DNA of 64,000 nt from a virus (lineage: Duplodnaviria > Caudoviricetes). Below, in pieces: positions 55,688 to 64,000 of the stretch (positions are counted from its first letter, which is position 1; every line of letters starts with the position of its first letter). The position numbers were made by a program, and so were the translations under genes. The notes beneath the pieces were generated by a model. That model saw only the letters and a list, made by a program, of their open reading frames with translations, did not search any database and had not been told where the DNA came from. The stretch lies in the IMG/VR virus record IMGVR_UViG_3300021379_000005, positions 1 through 64,000 of that record. One strand, 5' to 3'.

Positions 55688-56887
55688 TTAAACTTGGAAT
55701 GCAATAATATCACCACTACATTCAATTTTCAGTGACTGATTTCCAGTAACTTTGAGGTCTGCACCTTCGATTGTCAATGTTCCAGACATGGTGTCGCCAG
55801 TTTTCTTGACATATCCCCCAGCATTATGATCTTGGATTAGTGGAAGAACTTGTTGATACAGTGCATTAATAGCGGCAACAATCGAAGTAGTATCACCAAC
55901 ACCACTGTTCAAATTGCCAAGTGGGTCTACATCAGTTGCGCCGGGCCCTCTTACAATTAACTTATCTTCTTTAGTATCTAAATCCGTTTCTATATTGTCA
56001 ACTCTATCTTTAAGACTGCCATAAACTTCATCACTTAAAAGTTTTAATGTAGAATCAAGAGTGTTTATATTCTCTTTTACGGTATTATGAATAGCAAACT
56101 CATTTGCCGGCACTGACACATATACACCATCATTATTTGTGCCTACTGAGTTTTTCAAAAAGTTTTGTACATTTTCTAATCTAGTTGCTCTAGATTCTAA
56201 TGCGGTAATATCGTCTTCATTGATTTTTACTGCACTATCCAATTCAACAAGATTTGTTTTTACTACTGCATTATTATCACTATCTGTAGTAAGATAATTA
56301 ACACCTAAACCTTCATAGTTAAACTGTCCTGTAAGAGCTCCACCACCAACTGTAAGATTTAATCTGTCTAATAAATCAGATTTAGTTTTCAAAGTGGTAT
56401 CTAAAAGACTAATTCCCTGTCTAAGACTAGTCGCAGCGGGAACATATGTTGCCGTAGAAAGTAATGAATATGTTCCGTCAGCGTTTAATCCAGCAGCATT
56501 TTGGGTTACATCTAATTCTGCCTGTAGGGCATTGTCTGCTGCAATTCGTGCATTTCTTTCTTTTTCTACTTCATCATCTGTATATTCTACAGACCATTGA
56601 TTTTCTGCATTAATTGTGTCTACAAGATTATCTCTTCTCCACCCACGATTTTCTGGGTCAAGAGTAGACATGTTACCAATATTTCTAGTATTGATATCTG
56701 TATGAGTGTTTACTTCGTTGATTGCATCAACGATTGTAGACTGTGCATCAGTTTCTAAGAATGCAAGATTACCAATATTTGCAGCAGCTGCTTCCGCATA
56801 TGCTTTCAAGTTATTGGTTTTGACTCTCCACTCTTCGAAAGTATCTGTTGTCAACACATCTACAATAGATGGATATTCTACGGCCAT
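55688..56887 (-). CDS. Coiled-coil fibre/neck-whisker-like protein (399 aa)
   Basis: TDTFEEWRVKTN N-terminus typical of T4-like marine phage fibres; IGNL..L.T...TIV.AINE repeats; heptads; YVKKTGDTMSGTL...GDIIAF C-terminus. Confidence 0.8.
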   Translation of the reverse strand: MAVEYPSIVDVLTTDTFEEWRVKTNNLKAYAEAAAANIGNLAFLETDAQSTIVDAINEVNTHTDINTRNIGNMSTLDPENRGWRRDNLVDTINAENQWSVEYTDDEVEKERNARIAADNALQAELDVTQNAAGLNADGTYSLLSTATYVPAATSLRQGISLLDTTLKTKSDLLDRLNLTVGGGALTGQFNYEGLGVNYLTTDSDNNAVVKTNLVELDSAVKINEDDITALESRATRLENVQNFLKNSVGTNNDGVYVSVPANEFAIHNTVKENINTLDSTLKLLSDEVYGSLKDRVDNIETDLDTKEDKLIVRGPGATDVDPLGNLNSGVGDTTSIVAAINALYQQVLPLIQDHNAGGYVKKTGDTMSGTLTIEGADLKVTGNQSLKIECSGDIIAFQV

Positions 56888-57088
56888 TTAAAGTTTCTCC
56901 AATATTAAGTTTAGTGTGTTTTTAATTTCATTCATTTCTTGTTGTAAATCTCTTATTTCTTCGTCACGCCTTCTAAGTGCATTAGACCTTCTAATAAAAT
57001 TATTATAACCATTGTTATCAGTATTTATTATCGCTTGCGTGTTCGTATCTCTGACAAGGTCTTTATTACCTTTAACTTTTAGTCTCAT
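56888..57088 (-). CDS. Small conserved coiled-coil protein following the VrlC-like gene (start probably MRLKV at 57088)
   Basis: KVKG..DLVRD..T.AIINTD...Y motif and heptad tail; GGAGA RBS before the ATG at 57088. Confidence 0.8.
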   Translation of the reverse strand: MRLKVKGNKDLVRDTNTQAIINTDNNGYNNFIRRSNALRRRDEEIRDLQQEMNEIKNTLNLILEKL

Positions 57089-57100
57089 TATATTCTCCAA

Positions 57101-60100
57101 TTAAGTTGCCAACGCAATAACTCTAAAATCTCTGACTTTTGGTACAACACTGGAGTTTTTACTCTTAAGAACAATTTTGATTGATACAGAATTAAATTCT
57201 GGTAAATTTCTTACTTCATAATCAAATTCTTTATAGTCAGAAACATCTTTAGATGCCTTACCGTAAACGGTAGGACGGTCAAGTAATACATAATCAAGTT
57301 TTTCAAAATTTTGGTCTGGTGATGTTTTAATCTTATAATAAAAATCTACATCTGTCATATCTGGACGATAAACTGAACCTAAAACCTTTAGAGATGTCGA
57401 TGATTGATCTAATTTAATTTCTCTAGTTATATACTTGGTTGCTGCTGAACCACCGTGTGGATTCGTTTCATCAATAAATCCAGTATTGACATGTCCTCGT
57501 ACTCCAGCAGGAACACTTTCTGCACTATTTGTTACATTGGATACCAAGACAGCTGCAATTCTTTCTAAGTCGATAATAGGACTTAAATTATCTTTATTAG
57601 AAACTAAATCTACTTTCCAAATCAATGACTTTTTATCAAGAGAATTCGAAGATGTGTCGAAAAGAGTCTCATTGTAATTATCTGCAACCATCATTGGTCT
57701 ATTAAATGTGTAGTTTTGGTTTGGAGTAATTCCTCTAAAACTTAAATCTTTGACTCCTGGCGCCTCAGTCGAATCTTGCGATGTACCTGTTAGGGCCTTA
57801 AATTTCATCGAAATACCAGTACCAGCAAGTTCAACAGATGTAATATTGGGTTTCATTAAATCATATTTAACATTAGTACACCAACTGGCGGGTTTCTTTT
57901 GTCTAAACTGCGTAAATGTATTTGATGCAGGAGTAAACACAGAATCAACTGATGGAATAGTTCCACCATGAGCGATTCTTGGTGTTTGTACCCCTTCTGG
58001 ATAGAAAAATCCTCTCATATCAATGGTAAACGAATTATATGTTGTTGCAACAACCAAATGCGAACCATTTAAATCTGCTGCACTGTATTGGTCGTAAGTT
58101 CCATGGAAATTTTTAAGAGTGACATAATTATATCCGTTTGGTTGCCAGAAACTTGTAGGAACACACCCAGAACTATCATTTACTTTAAATGTAATGAGAG
58201 AACTATCTTTATGGACAAACATCGAATTATCATCGAATATTCTCTCCATAACATTAATGTCTGACATTCCAACATCAATTTCGGAATTTGTAAAGTATAG
58301 ACTACTATCTCTATTAATATCAAATTTCGCCCTAGAAATTGTGAATTTCAAATCTTCCATTTGTTCTGCAGTCCATGTAGAAGCATTTTGCGATTTGAAG
58401 AAAACACCAGCGTAAGGTTGTTCCGAAATAATTCCAGATCCATCAAGTGCCTCTTGTCCTAGTGTTGCAACATGAACTCTGTATCCTTGCGTATTTGCAA
58501 TCAATACGAGACAATACTCTTTTGCTTCTTCCAAATATACTGGTTCGTCAAAGGTAAATATTGTTTCTAAAGAACCATCATCTGAAATTTGAATTAAGTC
58601 CTGTCTTGGATCCAACATCTTTTCACCAAGTACATATTGGCCAGGATAACCATTCACCATATTTCTTATTTGTAAAGTTACTGGAACAACCTCATCTTTT
58701 GTAGAGAAGAAAATTTCTGCACTTGTGATAAAGGCACCTCCCTCTACATCAACTAGGAATGATTGTGCGAGTGGGTCACCCCAACCACGAACTTGTCTCC
58801 AATTTCCAAAAGTAGTAGTTGGGTCGGAACGTAATTCTGAAACAACATCTTCTGATTGAGTGGTTGTAGTATCAACAATTTCAACTGTTCTTGTATTTAC
58901 GGTTGTTTTTTGTCTAGTTTCAATAATACCTCTTGCAGTATATGTTGCACTCGTATCTGTATCAGAATCATCTAGATTACCATTTTGCTGATCGCACAAC
59001 TTAAATGTTCTTTCTCCAGTTCTGAATTTTAAATCATCATCATTTGGAGTTTGGTTATCGTTTGGAATTGAAAAGTTACCGTAAACCGTACCAGCTGAAT
59101 CTGATCTTAAAGTCGAACCACCAACAATACCTTCATTTGGGAAGCTTCCCATGTTATGAGATTTCCCATCTCGTTCAACTAAGAATAAAACCTCACCTAA
59201 ACTAAAAGAAGTATTCTTTTTGCCAGGCACATTTTCTAATACATAAACTTTTAGAGAGGTTGCATCCAAATAATCAATATCCGCAACAAAAACTTCATGT
59301 GCGGTGGATTGTCCTCGCAATTTCAACTCACCGTATTGATCTGCAAATATATTTCTGTTGTTTTTAATATATTGTGCGGTTGCCGGTGGAACATTTGTAA
59401 TATCTAATGTTTTTATTGGAGTAACATAATCACTAACTGGTGTGTTATCGAAGAATGCAAATAATTTTGTATTTGGTTTCATTCCAGTAGCTTTAAAGTA
59501 TACATCTCTGGTACGAATGAATGGAACTTGTTCAGAACTAACTAGTTTGTCTGTTGTAACTGGAGTCCAACTTTCACTAAGGGAAGTTGTAACACCAGCT
59601 CTGGATCTGGTTCCTGTATCATTCCAAGTTCTGGTTGTAGTTGTTACGGTACGGTCAAAATTACCACTAGATTCGGTAGTATTGACTGGGCCGCTTGTTG
59701 TCTCGTTAGATACCCCAGTCCATGTGGTTTCCCAAGACCCCCATACGGTTCCAAGAATTCCCGACCTTTGGGCAAGTTCTTCAAAATTATCTGTGTTTCC
59801 TCGTTCATTAATTGTAATTGTATCCAAATACTTTGGATCATCGTGCCAGTTGTCCGTTGAAGGTACAAGCACCATTGAACCCTTAAAACTAAAAATTGCA
59901 AAGGGGTTTACATTAACAGTTTTTGAAGATTTTCTCTGTTCGATTAATAATTCACTCGTATATGGAAGTGTTGCCCATCTACCCGACACTTCAAAACCCT
60001 CAGAGTTTATGACATCCAAATGCATTGGAATGTTCTTAGTAGTAAAAAATGGACGCAGTTCTCCTTTTCCAGTATCCATAGAGGCATTGAAATCAGAATC

Positions 60101-63100
60101 GTAAACGTTTGCAGTTCCAAAACCAGTAAAGTTTTCAACTACAAATCCATTCTTAAATCTATCAAGTCCGTTTTCATCTGTAACCAACAAATCTTTAGTT
60201 TCTTTTTCTAAAAGATTTAAAGAAGTATAATATTCTAAATTACTAATCCTCTTATCAAGTTTACCAATATCTCTCATGGTATATCTTCTGTTGTCGATCA
60301 TTTTGGCACGTACATCTTTAGGAACGCCAGTATATGGTAGCGTTTCAAGTGTATATAATACCATGCCGTCTTCTGGGTCTGTTGGAAAAACTGGCGTTTC
60401 GGAAGGAGCACCATATTTTACATTAATATTTCCAAACTTATCCATATAAAGTTTGTCTGCTCTACCAAAGTAAATACGCATATCTGCACTAATTGCACTT
60501 GCATCGATTGGATAATCAGAAATTCCAGAAACAACACCTTTACCATACGGATATCCAGACAGCTGTTGGTAAACCGCAGCGGGTCTAAAGTCTAATGCGC
60601 TGTGCAATCTAACACCCTCAAAACTTGGGATTTTATGATATGGTATATTAACATATGAATCTACGGATGCATAATCCCCTGCACCATGTTCAAAATATGA
60701 GTAAATAATAATAGGGCGGCCGCCACATGGTAATGTACCAGCCTTTAGTTCTAATTCGCCCAATTGAATAATAGAATGTCTTTGTCCAGAAAATAAAGTA
60801 TATCTGTCAGTAATATCATTAATTTTAACAGGAACTTCTGCAGGAGTTTCGATACCAACATTACTCAACCACAATTCTTCGATTTCTTCCTTGAATGGGT
60901 TTACGGTTCCGTCAACAGTAAGTTGCGATTGGATACTCGCAAGTGTTGGATATACGGTATGGTCTAAATCAACAGAAAATGGAGAGGCACCAGTCGCCTC
61001 ATAAAAAGTATAGGCTTTCAGTGCAAATTCAAAATCTGCCTCTGTCATTTCATGTAGGAATTTTCTGTCATTTGATTCAATTGAAATTCTATAAGAAGTA
61101 TTGTTTACATTACAAGTGTCATATATTTTTTTGATTTCATATACATCTGAATGTGGTAATTGAAAATTAGACACACTAAGAATAAGATCATTATTTGCGC
61201 CAGTGGGAATTGAAGAATTCACAACTCCTGTTGCAACACTAGAATTTGATCCTAATAAATCTACATCATAACTTAGAGATGTATCGTTATTTGCATCGTT
61301 TACATTATCATAGTCAGTTTGTCCAATTGTTTGTCCAATTGCATCCACTAAGGTGTAAGGCAAATGTAACTGATTTTCTCTCAAAGTTTTAATTTTTTCT
61401 CTGGAAGAAGTCTTTTTGATTGGTGCGTATACAGTGACACCAGTTGTTCCTGCGGGCAAATTTGTGACATTAAGAGTGGCAGTTCTTCTATCAGAAGAAA
61501 ATGAAATACTTGTAATTCTACCAATTTCACCCACAGAAGAATTTAAATCTGCTCTATCGAATGCCAAATATAAACTTTGAGTCGAAATGAAGAATGAGTT
61601 ATCATCTGTTGCAGTTAAAACAATCTGTCCGTTGGCGGTAACTACTTGGTCTTCATAAACTTTTAAAACATCGTATTGAGTATCTACTGTTTCTCTTCCA
61701 CTTTCATCATCAACAAATCTAACAGTTTGTAAAAATCTTTTACCAGTATCAACAATACTTGCACCACCATCTGATAAAAGTACAAATTTACCAGTAATCC
61801 TTGCCTGAGTTCCTGTCATATCAGCAGATGCATTACCATCAAAAGATGTAGTGTCCGTCCCAGCGGAACCACTAGCAATCGCCTCGTTGATTAGTTCGTT
61901 TGTAACAAAGGTTGCACTAGGCAATACTCCCGACTCTGTAGACAATCCGTTTCCAGTATTGAGATTTTTTACCAATAAGAATTGGTCTGCAGAGTTATAA
62001 TAATAGTTAATAGCTCTCACATCTCTATCGTATCTGTCATAAATTAGAGATTTTAACGTAAATTGTCCTTGTACATCTGACAACGACATCACCGTTAATA
62101 CATTTGCGCCAAATCTATAAATTGAACTACCTAATGTTGTTGGAACTACTTTCTCAGTCGAAACAATAGACCTTGCATCCAACATGGTATAGGGAACATT
62201 TGTTCTTGGGTTAACTTCATATTCGATATCATATAGAAAGATTTTCCATATACCAGTTTCAACGGAAGTATTTGAAGGTCTAAAAGTAGAAGTTCCATAA
62301 TTATCATCTATCGCATCATCATCAGAATCTGAGAAATATTCTACTGCCTTAACTTTTGCCGTTGCGATTACATCAATACCGTATGCGTTTGCGCCCAAGT
62401 TGGTTCCACCACCAGCAAAAAATGTCAAGTCTTCATCATATGTTACTGGTTGGAAATATGCAGTATCAGCATCGTCTAAATTTGATGTTACAACTGTATA
62501 GTCTTCATTAATCACTGGAGAAATGTTCATATTGACAAGTTTAACTTCTTCGTCTATCAGTGGAAGTCCCTTTGCATCTGAAATGTAGATGTATGGGCCC
62601 AGATCGACAGGAATGTAATGGTTGTTTACTTGATAATTTTCTCTTGATCTTTTATAAGGAATATATGTGGTAGCCGTCTTAGTGATTTCATAACCTCTTA
62701 CATACGCCTTTCCACTCTCGACTCCTAGTGCAAGATAATTTCTTACTGCGTCAACCAAGAACTGATGACTAGAGCCTGGGTAATATTTTAATCCAGTCGA
62801 ATCCAAATTTTGATCGGAAAACTGTATAAGTTCCAATGCACTTACTGTATGTGCAAGGCCGTTTCCGTTCTGATCTACCATTCCATCTTCATCTGCAAAA
62901 TTCTTTAGTGCGAAATCTTTCGCAGCGACTTCGGTATCAAATTCAAAGTTTTTCATGGTGTATACACCACCATTTCCATTTTCTTTGAAATATTCTCTAA
63001 TGTCTAAATTAAATGGACGAACTGTGTAATCACCAGACTCATCGTATGTTCGTCTTGCAAGCACATCTGTAATTACTGAATATTCTGTATTTCTAACATG

Positions 63101-64000
63101 TGTTTTAATAATACCGTCTTGAACGGTAATAATTTCTATAAAGTTATCTGTTGTTGGAGTATCTAATGTTCTTTTAGACCATACGAGATTGATTCTATAT
63201 CTATCGGCGCCAGGAGCGTTATAGTTTGTTGTTCCCTGTGCGTTATCAAAAAGAGATGGATCTTCATTTGCACTTACAACGGTTTCTTGTATTTCAAAAC
63301 CAATTTTATAACTAGGAGTGTCATCATACTTGTCTAGAATTACACTTTGCGATTGGTTCTTGACCATAAACCCCTGAGTATAATAAATTCCCTCTTCGAC
63401 AAATGCAATAGAACCCTTACCCAAAGGATTTGCGTGATCAGCACTAAGAGCAACAGTTGCGATTAAATTTAAACCATCATCATTTGTTGAAGTCAGAACC
63501 TCTCCTTCCACAAAGGAAGAAGTATCACCCTCTTTTAAATTTATAGTGTTACCGTTAACAACAAAATCAATTCCATTTTCATCGTCAATTTCAAGTGTAA
63601 CGCCGTCTACCACTCTTTGTCCACCAGCAACACCATCAAGATATTTTACAAATAAGGTTGTTGGTTCATCATCACTGTCAATCTGTGCATCTTGATTCAG
63701 ATCAACTGCATCAGCATAAGAAATGACAATAGCACGAATCCCTGTCTTATCCCCTTGAATTACTTTACCAACAAATTCTGCAGCGGTAGTAAGGCCTTCT
63801 GCAAGAGTCACTTTAATATAAGGAACAGCAACATCAACAGCAGAACTGCCAGGGATAACCATGGAACCTTCTTTAAAGAAGTGGTCTCCCATATTTGCAA
63901 TTTGTTGTTGTAAAATTGTTTGTTGTTGTGTTAATTCTCTCGCCTGCACAGAATTTCCAGGCTTATATAATACCCTCAAATACCCTTTGTCGATATCATA
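57101..64000 (-). CDS. VrlC-like / DUF4815-like giant virion structural protein (more than 2292 aa, 5'-truncated)
   Basis: The frame is open to the right edge (YDIDKGYLRVLYKPG..VQARELTQ.Q.ILQ.QI). Motifs NYNAPGADRY, LARRTYDESGDY, RRYTMRDIGKL..RI..LEYYTSL.LLE, DRFKNGF.V.NF, VNPF and DPLAQSF are typical of this T4-like phage family. Confidence 0.88.
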   Translation of the reverse strand, partial: YDIDKGYLRVLYKPGNSVQARELTQQQTILQQQIANMGDHFFKEGSMVIPGSSAVDVAVPYIKVTLAEGLTTAAEFVGKVIQGDKTGIRAIVISYADAVDLNQDAQIDSDDEPTTLFVKYLDGVAGGQRVVDGVTLEIDDENGIDFVVNGNTINLKEGDTSSFVEGEVLTSTNDDGLNLIATVALSADHANPLGKGSIAFVEEGIYYTQGFMVKNQSQSVILDKYDDTPSYKIGFEIQETVVSANEDPSLFDNAQGTTNYNAPGADRYRINLVWSKRTLDTPTTDNFIEIITVQDGIIKTHVRNTEYSVITDVLARRTYDESGDYTVRPFNLDIREYFKENGNGGVYTMKNFEFDTEVAAKDFALKNFADEDGMVDQNGNGLAHTVSALELIQFSDQNLDSTGLKYYPGSSHQFLVDAVRNYLALGVESGKAYVRGYEITKTATTYIPYKRSRENYQVNNHYIPVDLGPYIYISDAKGLPLIDEEVKLVNMNISPVINEDYTVVTSNLDDADTAYFQPVTYDEDLTFFAGGGTNLGANAYGIDVIATAKVKAVEYFSDSDDDAIDDNYGTSTFRPSNTSVETGIWKIFLYDIEYEVNPRTNVPYTMLDARSIVSTEKVVPTTLGSSIYRFGANVLTVMSLSDVQGQFTLKSLIYDRYDRDVRAINYYYNSADQFLLVKNLNTGNGLSTESGVLPSATFVTNELINEAIASGSAGTDTTSFDGNASADMTGTQARITGKFVLLSDGGASIVDTGKRFLQTVRFVDDESGRETVDTQYDVLKVYEDQVVTANGQIVLTATDDNSFFISTQSLYLAFDRADLNSSVGEIGRITSISFSSDRRTATLNVTNLPAGTTGVTVYAPIKKTSSREKIKTLRENQLHLPYTLVDAIGQTIGQTDYDNVNDANNDTSLSYDVDLLGSNSSVATGVVNSSIPTGANNDLILSVSNFQLPHSDVYEIKKIYDTCNVNNTSYRISIESNDRKFLHEMTEADFEFALKAYTFYEATGASPFSVDLDHTVYPTLASIQSQLTVDGTVNPFKEEIEELWLSNVGIETPAEVPVKINDITDRYTLFSGQRHSIIQLGELELKAGTLPCGGRPIIIYSYFEHGAGDYASVDSYVNIPYHKIPSFEGVRLHSALDFRPAAVYQQLSGYPYGKGVVSGISDYPIDASAISADMRIYFGRADKLYMDKFGNINVKYGAPSETPVFPTDPEDGMVLYTLETLPYTGVPKDVRAKMIDNRRYTMRDIGKLDKRISNLEYYTSLNLLEKETKDLLVTDENGLDRFKNGFVVENFTGFGTANVYDSDFNASMDTGKGELRPFFTTKNIPMHLDVINSEGFEVSGRWATLPYTSELLIEQRKSSKTVNVNPFAIFSFKGSMVLVPSTDNWHDDPKYLDTITINERGNTDNFEELAQRSGILGTVWGSWETTWTGVSNETTSGPVNTTESSGNFDRTVTTTTRTWNDTGTRSRAGVTTSLSESWTPVTTDKLVSSEQVPFIRTRDVYFKATGMKPNTKLFAFFDNTPVSDYVTPIKTLDITNVPPATAQYIKNNRNIFADQYGELKLRGQSTAHEVFVADIDYLDATSLKVYVLENVPGKKNTSFSLGEVLFLVERDGKSHNMGSFPNEGIVGGSTLRSDSAGTVYGNFSIPNDNQTPNDDDLKFRTGERTFKLCDQQNGNLDDSDTDTSATYTARGIIETRQKTTVNTRTVEIVDTTTTQSEDVVSELRSDPTTTFGNWRQVRGWGDPLAQSFLVDVEGGAFITSAEIFFSTKDEVVPVTLQIRNMVNGYPGQYVLGEKMLDPRQDLIQISDDGSLETIFTFDEPVYLEEAKEYCLVLIANTQGYRVHVATLGQEALDGSGIISEQPYAGVFFKSQNASTWTAEQMEDLKFTISRAKFDINRDSSLYFTNSEIDVGMSDINVMERIFDDNSMFVHKDSSLITFKVNDSSGCVPTSFWQPNGYNYVTLKNFHGTYDQYSAADLNGSHLVVATTYNSFTIDMRGFFYPEGVQTPRIAHGGTIPSVDSVFTPASNTFTQFRQKKPASWCTNVKYDLMKPNITSVELAGTGISMKFKALTGTSQDSTEAPGVKDLSFRGITPNQNYTFNRPMMVADNYNETLFDTSSNSLDKKSLIWKVDLVSNKDNLSPIIDLERIAAVLVSNVTNSAESVPAGVRGHVNTGFIDETNPHGGSAATKYITREIKLDQSSTSLKVLGSVYRPDMTDVDFYYKIKTSPDQNFEKLDYVLLDRPTVYGKASKDVSDYKEFDYEVRNLPEFNSVSIKIVLKSKNSSVVPKVRDFRVIALAT

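Larger units (their letters stand above)
1..64000 (-). other. Virion structural (baseplate/fibre/adhesin) gene region of a large T4-like myovirus
   Basis: All long ORFs are on the - strand with tiny intergenic gaps. TATAAATA late promoters precede several genes. Contains PAAR, DUF4815-like, LamG and tail-fibre repeat proteins and no host housekeeping genes. Confidence 0.93.

Noticed and set aside
55620-55700. Readthrough or frameshift joining GDIIAF to 'ADGRLK' as a split S74 cleavage motif
   Set aside because: Several stop codons lie in the gap, and the downstream sequence fits a fibre-tip N-terminal motif rather than an S74 domain.
59442-60104. 220-aa + strand ORF and the many other 60-170 aa overlapping ORFs in the track
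   Set aside because: They lie antisense or off-frame within long, motif-supported genes, and their compositions are typical of shadow frames.
1-64000. Stop-codon reassignment, introns/inteins, tRNAs
   Set aside because: Genes tile the window under the standard code with TAA, TGA and TAG all used as stops. Intergenic gaps are mostly under 100 nt, and I recognised no intein, homing-endonuclease or cloverleaf motifs.

Overview
The whole window is a near-gapless, single-strand (all real genes on the - strand), AT-rich virion-structural region of a large T4-like myovirus, probably aquatic. The evidence is T4-type late promoters (TATAAATA), a PAAR/gp5.4 spike-tip gene, a VrlC/DUF4815-like giant structural gene cut by the right edge, and many fibre/adhesin genes. 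I see no replication, metabolic, RNA, CRISPR or mobile-element genes. In transcription order (right to left): VrlC-like; small coiled-coil protein; short fibre plus 1872-aa mosaic adhesin; three large paralogues with a conserved scaffold and variable inserts (a fourth lies at 23284-27177); a 1663-aa hyper-acidic protein built on a 14-residue register; a 1771-aa ILEI/lectin-like protein coupled to PAAR; a 3040-aa repeat fibre; and three tandem cassettes, each led by a fibre carrying an amicyanin-like blue-copper motif. The most striking hidden signal is in the DNA itself. CCGG, CCNGG and GGNCC sites occur almost only where they overlap GGC/GCC, even forcing rare codons, which points to a GGC/GCC-targeted DNA modification encoded elsewhere. 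All counts are by eye and family assignments come from motif recall, not database searches.
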